Positions 1-12,714 are shown, counted from the stretch's first letter. The stretch: 64,000 nucleotides of DNA from Mobula birostris (GCF_030028105.1 NC_092383.1:69983313-70047312); one strand, 5' to 3'. Notes: generated by a model from the letters alone, not told the origin. A program made the numbers and translations.

Positions 1-730
1 AGATATTATGAAGGATCAAGCTACAATGGCCATTGGCATATTACACAATGGATTTATGTATTTCTGTGGGAACTGATGATGTTCTAGGTCAGGGTATCTT
101 AGCACCCAAAGGTGCCTCTCATAACTGAACTACTGCCATCCTTGATAACCACTGACTCTAGTGCAGCTAAGTATGATTTTGGACCATATACATAATTAGT
201 GTTCCTAAAGATGGGCATTTATTTTACAAATAAGTCTTTAATTGTTGTGTACGATGGCCACAATAATTGGCACCTTAGCATATCTTGAACCTGAATTTTG
301 TTTAAATGAAACCATTAGTTTCCTCTGATATTGTGCTGAGGACAGAGAAAGTAGGTGAAATGTTTTTAAATACTAACGTGATACTTATTTGGAACATAAT
401 TCTCTTTTTTTTAATTTCAAGAAGATGTTCAATTTGTTAGCATGTGATTCATTCACAAAAGGATTGTTCAATTTTGAAAGATCTCTGACTCTGAGCTCAC
501 TTAGCTACATAAAAAGCAAACTACCTCCAACAAAATGTTTCTAGAAAAAATAGTTGTACCAAGATTATTTCAAAGCAAAATGGATTGGATAATCAGGTGT
601 AACCTTTAATTAAATTGCTTAAACTGCATCTATAACACAGATCACATTATTCAGAGCTCAGGGTCAAAGCTATTAATTAAGCCATGGGTGGAGCAAAGAA
701 AATTGGTTTGGTAAGGGATCTGAACTTGAG

Positions 731-766
731 GTTGTGTATTTAATATTTAAGTAATGTTTGCATAAT

Positions 767-802
<36 letters not shown>

Positions 803-997
803 TTAATTAAGCTTTACTGTTCATTTAAAAATTAATTACAAGTTATATGTAAAAATACGTTTATTGTGTACGTTATTATGCTACCACGTGATACGTGTGC
901 GCCACACTTAAAGTAAACTCAACGTTACTCCCTCATTTTTGGACTTCTGTGCCTTCATTTGAATAAGTTTAATGTTTTAAAATTACAAGACATAACA
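731..997 (+). mobile_element. Solo Gypsy-type LTR containing a (TA)n tract
   Basis: Starts (t)GTTGTGTATTTAAT and ends TTACAAGACATAACA. The same termini occur at 48391-48635, which is followed by a PBS-like motif and gag, and in reverse at 37473-37521. Confidence 0.65.
769..800. repeat. (TA)16 microsatellite
   Basis: Directly visible. Confidence 0.95.
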
Positions 998-3143
998 GAG
1001 GAAGTTAAACTCACTAAAGATTGCAATTCAGGAGATTATAGAGGTGGGCCTGAACACAATGACAAACATATTAGCATCCAATTAAAAGTTATTTAAGGAT
1101 TTAGTGAAACCAAGGATTACATTACTCTCATTAATGGGGCACAAAAGTTTTAATGAGTTGCTTGAAAATAAAATCATTCTTGGCTGAAATGTTGGCTGAT
1201 ATGAGTTTGAAAGATTCAACATAAATGCAAGACTTTGTAAAACTTTGTTAAACAAATGTAGAATTGACTGAAAATCTATTCTTCTCCAAATTTTTCCCTC
1301 CTTTCTCTGAAAGCAACAACTCAAGCAAAATTACCATATTTTATAATTCCTTTGAATCCTTTAGTAACCTATGCAAAAATCTTCCCAATAGCAGGAAGCA
1401 TCTCAACTAAACCCAAACCTGTTGCTAATTGCTGTAAAGGAGATATACAACCATTGTGAAGAATGTGTGGTAAGTGCACAGAAGAGCAATAAGAAAATAA
1501 GCAGATAATTTATTTCAGCACTATTGACCAAGACATAAATATTACTTGGGCCATGTTAGGAGGCTCTTCCGTTTACTAAATTTGATATCCACCTAAGAAG
1601 GCCCCAATAATTTGTCAGAGCCTATAACTTAAAAGAATGTTTTCTCATCCAAAGAAGGGAGAGTTATGAAGTACAGAGTCAAGTGGGAGTTGGGGTGGAG
1701 ATGGTGAGTAAAGGAGTTGTCAATGGTGAGGCAGAGAGGAAGAGTGAGTGTAATCCAAATGTATGTATCTTGAAATAGATTAGCAGTTATGAGCCCCAAG
1801 AGCAGCCAGGATATTGAATGCATTTGCAGAAATATAAAATATTATACCTTCCCATTGGAGAATAGATTTCCATTTGGGCAAGAGTACATTCATTAAGTAT
1901 AGAATCAAAGCAGAAACCCTGTTAAGGGCCCCTCTGCGGACAAGTCATCCATCATTTCTTTCAGATTATTTACATTATGTTTCTGTAACTTTACACAGGT
2001 TTTATGAAATATTTATTTTAAATTCAACCAGGAGAATATTCAATTGTTCAGCAGGAGGCTGCACACTCATAGACAGTGAGGAGGACTAGCTTTGTGTTTA
2101 AAAACTAATAGGTAAAGTCGATTACCTTGTATTCATGAATATTTCTAGAGAGAGTAAGTGGGTTTTAGAACACTGGACACAGATGTTAAAGAATAAAAAA
2201 CGTTACTTCAAGCAGACTTGGTCAGAAAATATTTCAGCCACAATTTCTTGCATTCAAAGTGAACATTTACAAATTGGGCCATCAAGATTAGAGGTTGTTT
2301 GTAGCTCATTTATGGAAAAAGTAATTTCATTTGTACACCCTGCTGATAGTGTTGGAACTGAGTATTCCATTTATAAACTCAGGGGCTGCACAGCATAAAC
2401 TGTTCTTATGATACTGTTCTTTAAGGAGTAACAGACATCATACCTGATAAGGGAACACCCTGCCTAATGGAAAAAGTGAAACTGTTTTCTATCTTTGCTC
2501 ATTGCTCTCATTCTTGGTAATGGAAGAATTTCACTTGTAAAATTCCATTGAAGACAAAGATTGTTCTTCGTAAAGATTATGCTCTCTACTATGTTTACAT
2601 CTTTAATTGGCTAGCCGTGTTCTGCATTATCTCAAAGAATGACAAAGTGATTCTAACACCCCACTAACCAATGATTTATTGGACAAAATAAAAAATGAGT
2701 TTATTTATTGAATTGAAATTTGAAATATGCTGGATTCATTTCAATTTCCATTCAAAATTTTCTTCTAACAGGAGTTTACCTAAAGGGAAATTGATTGCAT
2801 TGAACTAAGAGACTGGCTAAAGATTTTTTTTTCTCAAAAACATTTTACTAGTCATGAGATTTTTATGTTGAAGCAACAATAGTTGGGCCCCTTATCTCAG
2901 AAAAGATGTGATGAAACTGGAGAGGGTTCAAAGGAGGTTCACGAAAATGATTCCAGGATTACACGGCTTGCCATATGAAGAGCATTTGATGGTTCTGGGC
3001 CTGTATTCACTGGAAATTAGAAAAATGAGGAGTGACCTAATTGGAACCTATGAAATGGTGAAAGGGCTTGATAGAGTGGACATGCAGAGGATGTTTCCTA
3101 TGGTGGGAGTGACGAACACCAGAGGACACAACCTTAAATTGGA

Positions 3144-3566
3144 GTAACACACATCAAAGTTGCTGGTGAACGCAGCAGGCCAGGCAGCATCTCTAGGAAG
3201 AGGTACAGTTGACGTTTCGGGCCGAGGCCCTTCGTCAGGACTAACTGAAGGAAGAGCTAGTAAGAGATTTGAAAGTGGGAGGGTGAGGGCGAGATCCAAA
3301 ATGATAGGAGAAGACAGGAGGGGGAGGCATGGAGCCAAGAGCTGGACAGTTGATTGGCAAAGGGGATATGAGAGGATCATGGGACAGGAGGCCCAGGGAG
3401 AAGGAAAAGGGGGAGGGGGGGAAAAACCCAGAGGATGGGCAAAGGGTATAGTCAGAGGGACAGAGGGTGAAAAAGGAGCAAGAGAGAAAGAATATGTGTA
3501 TTTAAATAAATAACGGATGGGGTACGAGGGGGAGATGGGGCATTAGCGGAAGTTAGAGAAGTCAAT
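3144..3566 (-). mobile_element. Penelope-like element 3' end / pLTR
   Basis: Reverse complement of the family at 6030-6560 and 39261-39870; short GAGTA duplication at the junctions. Confidence 0.85.
3206..3243 (-). ncRNA. Minimal type I hammerhead ribozyme motif (PLE pLTR)
   Basis: Minus strand reads UAGUC-CUGACGA-a-GGGCC uc GGCCC-GAAAC-GUC-AACUG: both core boxes, 5-bp stem II, palindromic ACGU stem III, one stem I mismatch. Confidence 0.7.
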
Positions 3567-3917
3567 GTTAGAGTATCCTCTTAGAATGGAGATGAGGATG
3601 AATTTCTTTAGCCAGAGGGTGGTGAATCTGTGGAATTCATTGCCAGAGGCAGCCGTAGAGGTCAAGTCTTTATGTATATTTAAGGCAGAGATTTATAAAT
3701 TCTTGATTGGTCAGGGCATGAAGGGATACCGGGGTGGGGGGGGGGGGGTGCGAGGTGGCTGTGGTGGAAGACAGGAGATTGGGGCTGAGAGGAAAAATGG
3801 ATTAGCTTTGATGAAATGGTGGAGCAGATTCAATGGGCCAAATGGCTTAATTTTGCTCCTCTATCTTATAGTCTAATGGTCTTATATGCTTTAAGTTGGA
3901 AATGAAATCATTTTTAA

Positions 3918-4140
3918 TTTTAGATCATGAGAACACTCAGTCCTCCTTTATTGTCATTTAGAAATGCATACATGTATTAAGAAATGATACAATGTTTCTC
4001 CAGAGTGATATCACAGAAAACAGGACAAACCGAAGACTAGCACTGACACAACCATATAATTATAACATATAGTTACAGCATTGCAAAGCAATACCATAAT
4101 TTGATGAAGAACAAACCATGGGCATGGTAAAAAAAAAGTA
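3918..4140 (-). repeat. 3' end of an unclassified non-LTR retroelement (second copy at 47565-47833)
   Basis: Clear similarity between the two loci; minus-strand AATAAA followed by a hairpin and short tail. Confidence 0.6.
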
Positions 4141-4529
4141 CTAGTCTATTGATATTTCTCTTTATTCAAAGGAGAGAAGAGCTTTGGTTTAGGTACATTT
4201 TATGATGATAAACGTATAATGTAAAATTCAATCAGATTATGGTTGTTCAAATTAAGTTCCTAGATGTGTTTTAGCAGAGAACTAATACATTATATTAACC
4301 CAAGCATCGATAAAAATTAATTAAAATATCTGACTCTGCTTTGAGACAAAATAGCAAAGAGAATTAATTTCCCACCAGAAAACATATGCTAATTTTTGAT
4401 GCAGTGTTTTGATCTGAAACATCACCTTTGCTAATCAGCCAATGCATTTCACTCCTGCACACCTTCTCACTACCAGCTGAAATTCTATCATCGACAGTGG
4501 TGTTATCGAAAAATGTATAGATGACACAG

Positions 4530-4700
4530 GAGCTGTGCTTTGATCTGAAGGTTCTAAAGGGTTTTGAAAGGGTGGATGTGGAGGAAATGCTTCCTCTTGC
4601 GCGAGAATCTAGAATGAATGGTAGCTGTTTACAAATAAGGCAATAGGCTTTTAGCACAGATGAGGCAAATTATTATTTTTCCAGAATATTTTGAATATTT
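4530..4700 (+). mobile_element. Old CR1 3' fragment
   Basis: KGFERVDVEEMLPL-type ORF2 C-terminal remnant. Confidence 0.55.
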
Positions 4701-4725
4701 TTAAAATGAAGATCGACAGGTACAT

Positions 4726-4880
4726 TGTTATGTTTTGTAACTCCAAAACATAAAAACTAATTCAAAGAAAATACGGAGCTGGGATTGAGAGTCTAACTTT
4801 GTTTTTGCTCTAAACGAGGCACGCCTGTATGACAGTGTGGTGTGATGACGCGTGTCATTTACGTACTTTGTACATATAAC
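4726..4880 (-). mobile_element. Partial Gypsy LTR
   Basis: TGTTATGTTTTGTAACTC is the reverse complement of the LTR 3' end GAGTTACAAAACATAACA. Confidence 0.6.
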
Positions 4881-4884
4881 AAAG

Positions 4885-5230
4885 TTGTAAAATTTGTCAG
4901 CTCCATCATGGGTACTTGCCTTAATAGCATCCAATCATCTTCAAGGAGCGGTGCCTCAAAAAGGCGGCGTCCATTATTGAGTACTCCTATCACCCAGGAC
5001 TTGCCCTCCTCTCATTGTGACTATCAGGAAGGAGGTACAAATCCCTGAAGGTACAACTCAGTGATTCAGGAACAATTTCTTCCCCTCTGCCATTCAATTT
5101 CTGTTGGACATTGAACCCATGATCACTACCTCACTACATTTTATTTCTGTTTTTGCATTACTTATTTAATATAACTATCTGATATACATGTATACTCTTA
5201 CTGCATTTCACAGTCTGATTCTGACTCTGA
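4885..5230 (+). mobile_element. Rex1/Babar-type LINE 3' fragment
   Basis: Matches 55140-55590 (gtcagctccatc...tgattcaggaaca..ttcttcccctctgcc); (tctgat)n tail. Confidence 0.8.
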
Positions 5231-6029
5231 TAACCACAATGAATTATATAAACAACAAAGAATGCTTAATCAACCAACATATTTTCAATATTACTCTAAT
5301 ATTACTGAAATATTAAACAAGCAACATATATGATAACCAAGAGGAAGAAACTGGAAAGCAAACAAACAGGATTACAGAATTGTAGTTGCAGTCCGATTAA
5401 TCGTTTTATTTTAAATAGTGGAGAGGGTTGAGGGGCTGGTTGGCCCACTCCTGCTTCTACTAGGAAGTAAAATGGTTCAGTTATGAATGAGTTCCTAATG
5501 GGAATGAGTGTCAGCAACCAGTATACACCAAAGATACCCAGGTGATTTTAGAAGTCAGAAAACTTTTAAATTTGCCCAGTTGAAGGGTCACGGATAAGTG
5601 ATGGACCAATTTCATCAGACATAACAGAAAGGAATAAGGTGAAGCAATTAAGATGGTTTTTAATATTCATTATGCCACAGACTGTACTAGTGTTGGTATG
5701 ACATCCAAAATTCAATACAGTATCACAAAGGAAAAGCAAACAGGAGCATATGTTGGAAATAACATTCTGTTCTGTTTCCACAGATCATGCAGGGCTAGTA
5801 AAATATTTTCAGCATTTTTATTTTTAATTTATGTGCAAAGTTAATGATGCCTTCCGTTTCTTGAACTCAAATCCTCAGCAGTAAATATAATTTATTACTA
5901 AATTCCTAGAAGTGAACTTTCAAGATAATAATCTTATTTTTTTAAGATGTATGTTTGCCATGACCAGTTATTTCTCATTTTGTCTCTCACAATAGAATTT
6001 CAAAGTACTTTAATCTAGATGCATTTCCA

Positions 6030-6560
6030 TAAATGGATGAAGCCACACTCAGGTTGGAGGAACACCACCTTATATTCCGTCTGGGTAGCCTCCAACCTGA
6101 TGGCATGAACATCGACTTCTCTAACTTCCGCTGATGCCCCACGTCCCCCTCGTACCCCATCTGTTACTTATTTTTATACACACATTCTTTCTCACTCTCC
6201 TTTTTCTCCCTCTGTCCCTCTGAATATACCCCTTTCCCATCCTCTGGGTCCCCCCACCCCTTGTCTTTCTTCCCGGACCTCCTGTCCCATGATCCTCTCG
6301 TATCCCTTTTGCCTATCACCTGTCCAGCTCTTGGCTCCATCCCTCCCCCTCCTGTCTTCTCCTATCATTTTGGATCTCCCCCTCCCCCTCCAACTTTCAA
6401 ATCCCTTACTCACTCTTCCTTCAGTTAGTCCTGACGAAGGGTCTCGGCCTGAAACGTCGACTGCACCTCTTCCTAGAGATGCTGCCTGGCCTGCTGCGTT
6501 CACCAGCAACTTTTGTGTGTGTTGCTTGAATTTCCAGCATCTGCAGAATTCCTGTTGTTT
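6030..6560 (+). mobile_element. Penelope-like element 3' end (GIY-YIG C-terminus plus pLTR)
   Basis: Encodes EATLRLEEHHLIFRLGSLQPDGMNIDFSNFR*, then a pyrimidine-rich UTR and the hammerhead-containing terminus. Confidence 0.88.
6426..6463 (+). ncRNA. Minimal type I hammerhead ribozyme motif
   Basis: UAGUC-CUGACGA-aGGGUC uc GGCCU-GAAAC-GUC-GACUG; stem I AGUC/GACU; predicted cleavage after C6458. Confidence 0.75.
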
Positions 6561-6961
6561 GTGGACAAAAATATTGTTCAGTTATAATCATAATACATTT
6601 TTCTGATAGTCATCAGAATATGGAAACGTTTATTGTACTACATCACTGTGAAGCAGAGGGGATAATTCACATTAACACATATGACTTTATTTTATTGTGT
6701 TCTTTTTGGTGAAAATTGTATATAATTTTCATTGAATTTTTGTTTTCATTGCAAGTGGTGCTTATATGATAGTATGTGTCTGTGATGCTGCTGCAAGTAA
6801 ATTTTAATTTGCATCTGTGTATACATTTACCTTTGCATTTGATAATAAACTCAAGTTTGACTTTGACAAGGACTAAATGCATCTATTTTCCCATCAGTGC
6901 ATTTGTAGTCTCTACTAATTTGTCTGATAAGCCTAACCTTGGATGAAAATCCATGTGAATA

Positions 6962-7709
6962 CAATGGATCCCAGTTAATTGGATCATCAGTTAATCAAGG
7001 CAACAGCTTATTTGGAACAACTCTTAAAGTTGAAAACTAATCGAAAAATAGCTGGGATTCCTTTCATTTATTTGGGACTTATGCGATTTAATTACAGTGG
7101 GAGACACTTACTGAACATTTTCTAAGTAGCATCAGTTGAGCAATTGTGTGGATATTAGATAGTACACTGTGCTTAGAGTGAACTATTTTAAAATAGTATC
7201 AGTTGCAAGCATTCAGGCTTGGAGATGCCAGAAACAGCCGGGGGTGAAAATGAGTGACAATTTCACTTCTTCATAAAATTAGGAGCTATGAAGAATTTAA
7301 AAGTATCAACAATCATCCTGAATATTACAATGAAAATGAAGATTTGGAGAACGTGATCATTGATAGCATTGTATGAAAGCAGTCCATTATCCACTGCATA
7401 CTAGGTGTCTGCAATGATTTTGTTTATTTATAGTCAATCAAAAAACGCACCAGGGTACACTGAATGAATTCCTCCATCGATAACTATTACAATCTATACA
7501 CCATTTTATAGTACTGTAATAGCATTGATAGTGTTATAATTTGTTCTGTATTTCATTTAAATACAATTCGCTACTCAGTTGAACAATAGTTTGTCTTTTT
7601 TATATACCTTTTTAACAATTTCTGTGAAACTTCAGCTAATTGGGGGCAGCCACTTAATTGGGCTAAAATGTACTGGTCCAAATGTGTCCCAATTAACCAA
7701 GATCCGTGG
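6962..7709. mobile_element. Non-autonomous Tigger/pogo-like DNA transposon
   Basis: TA-flanked imperfect TIRs CAATGGATCCCAGTTAATTGG / CCAATTAACCAAGATCCGTGG; colinear second copy at 56517-57317. Confidence 0.75.
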
Positions 7710-9029
7710 TATTTCCTGCTTATTTTGTGCAATCATTTTTCATATCAGGCCATCCTACAATCCAATGGATAAAATCAAATTCTGACTGACCCTATTAATA
7801 ATACCATAACCTATCCCTGATTAATACTCTCACCATCTCAAGGATTTGCTTTGTTAAAATTTATCTATGAATCTGAAAATATTCCACTTACAATTAAAAA
7901 TGTACCCCTGCACAATTTATCCTATTATTTCATTTCTTTTGTAACCTGCAGTGGCATGAAATAGGAAAAGTTAACTGCAGAGGAGTGTATCAAGAAAAAG
8001 GGGGGATCAGAATGATCAGTCTGCTCAAATACTAATCTGCTCAGTGTAGATAAAGGTTTAGCTTTAATCTCTGATCCAGGAATTTGCTCAACATTATTAA
8101 CTCCCTTCAGCTTGATGAGCAAAGTCCTCCAGCTAATTTATCAACTCAACTTAATTTCCATATCTGTGTTTATCATACAATAGTCAGATATCAAGAAAGA
8201 AAACTACATGGTTGTAGATACTAGTAGTTATCAATACTGCTGTTCAAAAGTTCAAAGTACATTTATTGTCAAAGTATTTATATATCATACAACCTTCATC
8301 TCCAAAGTCCTAATGGGCAGCCACGAAACCAAGAGCCCATATATAAAAAAGAATGCCATTGAACACTCAGTGTGCAGGAGAGAAACAAAAACATATCACA
8401 CCCATAAAAAAGACCATTGGACACCCAACATGCCAAAAGAAGAAAACATACCATGCAATCAGTAACCACAAACAAATAGCATTCTGAACTGAAGTCTGCA
8501 AAAAGAGTCCCATAGTTCAGCACACAGCCATGTCATGGAGCAGTGAGCTGAATTGGCCTATCCTTGGCCTTGGGCCTGACACCCTGACCTTTTCAGTTTG
8601 ATCCAGCACCTAAATAGACATCCAAACACTGGCCTCCAAACACTCTGGGGCCAGGACCCCGCCATCTTGACCCGGCCTGTACCCGGTCTTTCCAATTTAG
8701 CCCTGCCCTCAAGTCTCAATCTAAATATCCAGTTCAGTCAAATCAGAACACTCTGGTGCCCGGATCTCAGCACCTCAATTTGACCTTCAGCATGACGCTT
8801 GAACTGATTGAACCTTGGTCTTCCTTGCTGTTGGTGATGGGCCCACCTCCTAGCCTGGCTTCAGTTCTACCAAATCCAATTGCCTCCAAGTCCAAAGGGA
8901 AGTCATAGATTACCTGCAATAATTGATTGCCAGAAAAAGTGTGATTAACAAAGTCATTTTCTTTCAGACCTTGTAAGGGCCCAATTGGTTTCCTTCTTCT
9001 GACAGGAAAACCAGGAAAGGAACCCATCA

Positions 9030-10070
9030 CTATCGTCAGTCTCCCCTATATTTCCACATTTTCAGCAAGGATCACCAGGATCCTGAAGAAATACCATCCA
9101 CAAACTCATAAGGAAGTTCAAATCACAAATTATGAGGGTCAAAGATGACCTGGGACTCAGGTCGACTGGCATTTACAGATTTCTCTGTGAATGCGGAGCA
9201 GTGTGCGTCAGCCAGAATGGGATGAATGGTGGAAAGCCGCATCAAGAATCACAGGAGGTGTATCCGTTTGGGTTACTCAGAGAAATCAATGGTAGCAGTA
9301 CATTGCATTTGCAATGGCCATAGGTTTGGCCTTGATGGTAGCAAATTACTGTGCTGTGCCAATGGTTTTTGGGACCAACTGGTAAAGGAAGCCATTGAAA
9401 TAAAAATAGAGGAAAAGAATTTTAACAAAGATGAAGCTATCGCTCTAAGTAAGAACTGGAATTCCATTGTAAACAAAGTGGGAGACCAGAAACCTGATTG
9501 GATGAGGATTAGCCAATCAGGAGGGACATACTACAGGGTGTATAAATACCACCAGACTAGACACACCCACGCATCATTCCTGATGAAGATGGCAGAGCTT
9601 GTCATCAAAACATCGGCGGGTGTCCCAGAGTTTGTCTGTGTGGTCGGGGGGGCAACGATTGTCACGCTTCCGGCCTGGGGATACTGCTGCGGGGAGGCAA
9701 CTTCTCAATCACCCAAGTTAAAGAGGTGGTTGCGGGGCGCCTCCTGGTAGCAGACGTCAAATACCGGGGCACTCTGCTCCGGCTGATCAACGTGTACACC
9801 TCCCCCGTGCGGAGCGAGCGGCGGGCCATCTTCGAGCAGCTCCCACAGCTGATGTTTATTGTAAACATCTTTCATTTGAATATGGACTGAAAGTCAATGC
9901 ATAAATTTATTGTAAATAACTTTATTTATTGAATAAGGGCTCAGAGTCAACGAATGTTTTTTTTGTAAATGACTTTATTTTGTAGTATTTCTGAATAAAG
10001 TATTTTTGGAAAAAAAAATCAGTGATAATTAATACCTGAACCCTGCTAGAAGCCCAAGAGGAGTTTATTT
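9030..10070 (+). mobile_element. Penelope/Poseidon-type element 3' part (GIY-YIG endonuclease remnant), split by a Tx1 insertion
   Basis: GIYRFLCECGAVCV...RIKNHRRCIRLG..EKSMVAVHC...LVKEAIEIK..NFNKDE; decayed hammerhead at about 9580-9615; element end resumes at 10019. Confidence 0.85.
9616..10018 (+). mobile_element. Internally deleted Tx1/L1-clade LINE (APE endonuclease fragment fused to 3' UTR and poly-A)
   Basis: GNDCHASGLGILLRGGNFSITQVKEVVAGRLLVADVKYRGTLLRLINVYTSP; GC- and CpG-rich; AATAAA and A9 tail at 10010-10018. Confidence 0.8.
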
Positions 10071-10389
10071 GAAATGACAAATGTTAGCAAACTCTGTGTA
10101 CATGCGAACACACTTAGATTAACACTACCTCAGAAGGAGGAAGGGGAGTAACAGACAAAAAGAGTTTAGGTATACATTGTCTGAATAGTCATATCTACAA
10201 CTGGTATCATCCCAAAGTCAAGACACAATAGCATTAGACAATTAGGGATACACAGTAATATCTACTGTATGTAAATTTCCAGAAAGCCACAATAATAAAC
10301 ACCACTCCAATCATCTGAAAGTTCCTGGCAATTGAGAAGTAAGTGTGCTTGGCTATGTTGTACTTCAGGTTTTACCAGCTGGAGATGAG

Positions 10390-10820
10390 AAAAAATAATA
10401 ATAATATAAATAGATAAGGAATAAACAGCGAGAACATGAGATGAAGAGTCCTTGAAAAGTGAGTCCATAGTGTTGGAGTGAGCAAAATTGAATGAAGTTC
10501 TCCTCTCTGGTTCAAGGGCCTGATGGTTGAAGAGTACTATACTGCTCCTGAATCTGGTAGAGTGGGTCCTGAGACTCCTGTATTTCTTCCTGATGGCAGC
10601 AGTGAAAACAGAGCAAGGCCTGGATGGAAGGGATCCTTGATGATGGATGTTTCTTTGCTGTGACAACGCTCCATGTAGATGTGCTCAATGCTGGGCAGGG
10701 CTTTACCTGTGATGGACTAGGCTGTATCCACTACTTTTGTAGGCTTTTCCATTCAAGGGCATTGGTGTTTCCCTACCAGGCTGTGATATAACCAGTCAAT
10801 ATACTCTCCACCAAACATAT
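10390..10820 (-). mobile_element. Rex1/Babar LINE 3' fragment
   Basis: Minus-strand KYRSLRTHSTRFRSS; similar to 16305-16812 and 33130-33680. Confidence 0.75.
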
Positions 10821-11099
10821 ATATCACTTTATATGAAGGCCCACACTCAACATTTTGAGAACAATCTTCCTTGCACCTTCAGATTTCTAAACTGAACAGT
10901 ACTTCATTGTCCATCTTGTGCATCATTTCCTTTAGTAATATTTACATCTTAAGTAGTAGGGAACTTGCCAACTTTCTGACTGTTCGCAAGATGTGGGGTA
11001 GTTAGATATCAAGCAGATGGAACAGGCTTTCAGTAAGGTTTTTAAAATGCCAAAGAACTCTTTGTTCAAGATGCCCTCATGGTGCTTTGCCATGGAGTT

Positions 11100-11412
11100 A
11101 GGCAGTACAGCAATGTAGCAACTAGGGTAATGCTTTACATTACCTGCGGATCAGTTCCCACAGTTGTCTATAAGGAGTTTGTACATTCTCCCCGTGATCA
11201 CATGCATTTCCTCTGTGCGCTCTGGTTTTCTCTCACATTCCAAAGGTGTAAGGGTTAGGGTAGTAATTTGTGGGCAGGCTATGTTGGCACCTGAAACATG
11301 GAGACACTTGCAGGCTACCCACAATACATCATTGGACTGTGTTGGCTATTGACGCAAATGACACATTTCACTCTATGTTTTGATGCACATGTGACAAATA
11401 AAGCTAATCTTT
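11100..11412 (+). mobile_element. tRNA-derived SINE
   Basis: Central gtctataaggagtttgtacattctccccgtg...ctcacattccaaag domain; 3' aataaagctaatctt; inverted copies at 34200-34425 and 47068-47395. Confidence 0.7.
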
Positions 11413-11562
11413 GTTTCTGCCTTCTTTACTTCTACCAATATCTTCACAGTCCAAAATAAGTTCCAGAAGTAAGTCATGCAGTCAGAAACTTCGACAGCCC
11501 TTTCCTCCTCAGACGCTGCCTGACTCATTTAGTTCTTCCAAAGTTTGTATTTTTTCCTCTAG

Positions 11563-12215
11563 CTCTTACATACTGTTTGGGTCAAATTTGACCCTTTTTG
11601 ACATTTGACAGCAGTAAAAACACCCCAAATGCCATTTTTTTGGCCAAAATTTGATGTCTTTTCCTAAAGTGACCCAAAATGCGCAAAAATGAAAATATTT
11701 AAAAGTTTTATACTTTTGTACAGGTGCTACAAATTTTTGTACATTGAGGCTGTTATGAGTCAAATTTGACCCATATCTATTGCTTTATATACTTTATTGT
11801 CGCCCAACAATTGATACTAGAGCGTACAATCATCACAGCGATATTTGATTCCGCGCTTCACGCTCCCTGGAGTACAAATCGATAGTAAATATTAAAAAAT
11901 TAAATTATAAATCATAAATAGAAAATAGAAAAGGGAAAGTAAGGTAGTGCAAAAACACCAAGAGGCAGGTCCAGATATTTGGAGGATACGGCCCAGATCC
12001 GGGTCAGGATCCGTACAGATGGATTTTACATCTCTGAAACGTTAATTAAGGATTAATCACCCATTTATTAATGTCATATAGGCTATTAATACATTCTAAA
12101 TAGATCTGTGGTTCAAAATTTGGTATAGACACTTGTTATGAGGGGATTGTTGGGCTGGGTCAAAATTGACCCAGACCATACTGTGAAGGTATAGAATATG
12201 AACTGTATGTAAGGG
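11563..12215. mobile_element. piggyBac-like MITE with a nested LINE tail
   Basis: Ends CTCTTACATACTG ... CTGTATGTAAGGG|TTAA; internal palindromes GGGTCAAATTTGACCC at 11579, 11757 and 12157. Confidence 0.65.
11785..12015 (-). mobile_element. Young LINE 3' tail (same family as 35812-36165)
   Basis: Near-identical to 35812-36070; CpGs retained. Confidence 0.75.
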
Positions 12216-12714
12216 TTAAAATATCCCACGGCTGCAGTGACTTTAAATAATAGACAGTGGTGATAAATTATATCAACTTCCCTCAATACTGGAACCCTGC
12301 TGAGTAAAACTGACACTCAGCTGTACAAGTAGTAGTTCCTATCACCATCCCAGTCATGTGAATTAGCAGACAAGACCAAACTGTGGTACTGCACGACAGA
12401 AGAGTAGGTTAATTGTACATTGTACTCCATGTTGTCATTTTCAGGGAAGGGAAGAGAGCAATCCAATTTACTCCCTGTAATATGCAAAAACCCTAAAGCA
12501 AATATGCTGAGATGTTTTTGGTTTACTTAACTAAACCCCTTGCTGATTGTTGCATTAACTATTTTAACTAGAGGAATTTTATTAATAATGTCCAGAAATA
12601 ATTTGATTCCAATAGGAAACTTGTTTTGTAACAGCTATGTTTCAGGAAATAGGGAAATGTAAAGTAAAGGAGGATAACTATCTTATTTCAGATGAAGGTA
12701 TATTATTTGTCTTG

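Larger units (their letters stand above)
2880..3886 (+). mobile_element. CR1 LINE 3' fragment interrupted by a Penelope-like insertion
   Basis: ORF2 C-terminal peptides LERVQRRFTKMIPG...TRGHNL and FFSQRVVNLWNSLP; ends in an (atggtctt)-type tail. Confidence 0.9.

Noticed and set aside
2444-2470. IRQGVPLSG resembling the RT QG.PLS motif
   Set aside because: No flanking RT motifs; too short to call
3048-3513. Recurrent SPDEG.RPETST / MLVNAAGQAASLG ORFs (also near 6200-6600 and 39640)
   Set aside because: Translations of the non-coding PLE pLTR and hammerhead, not a gene family
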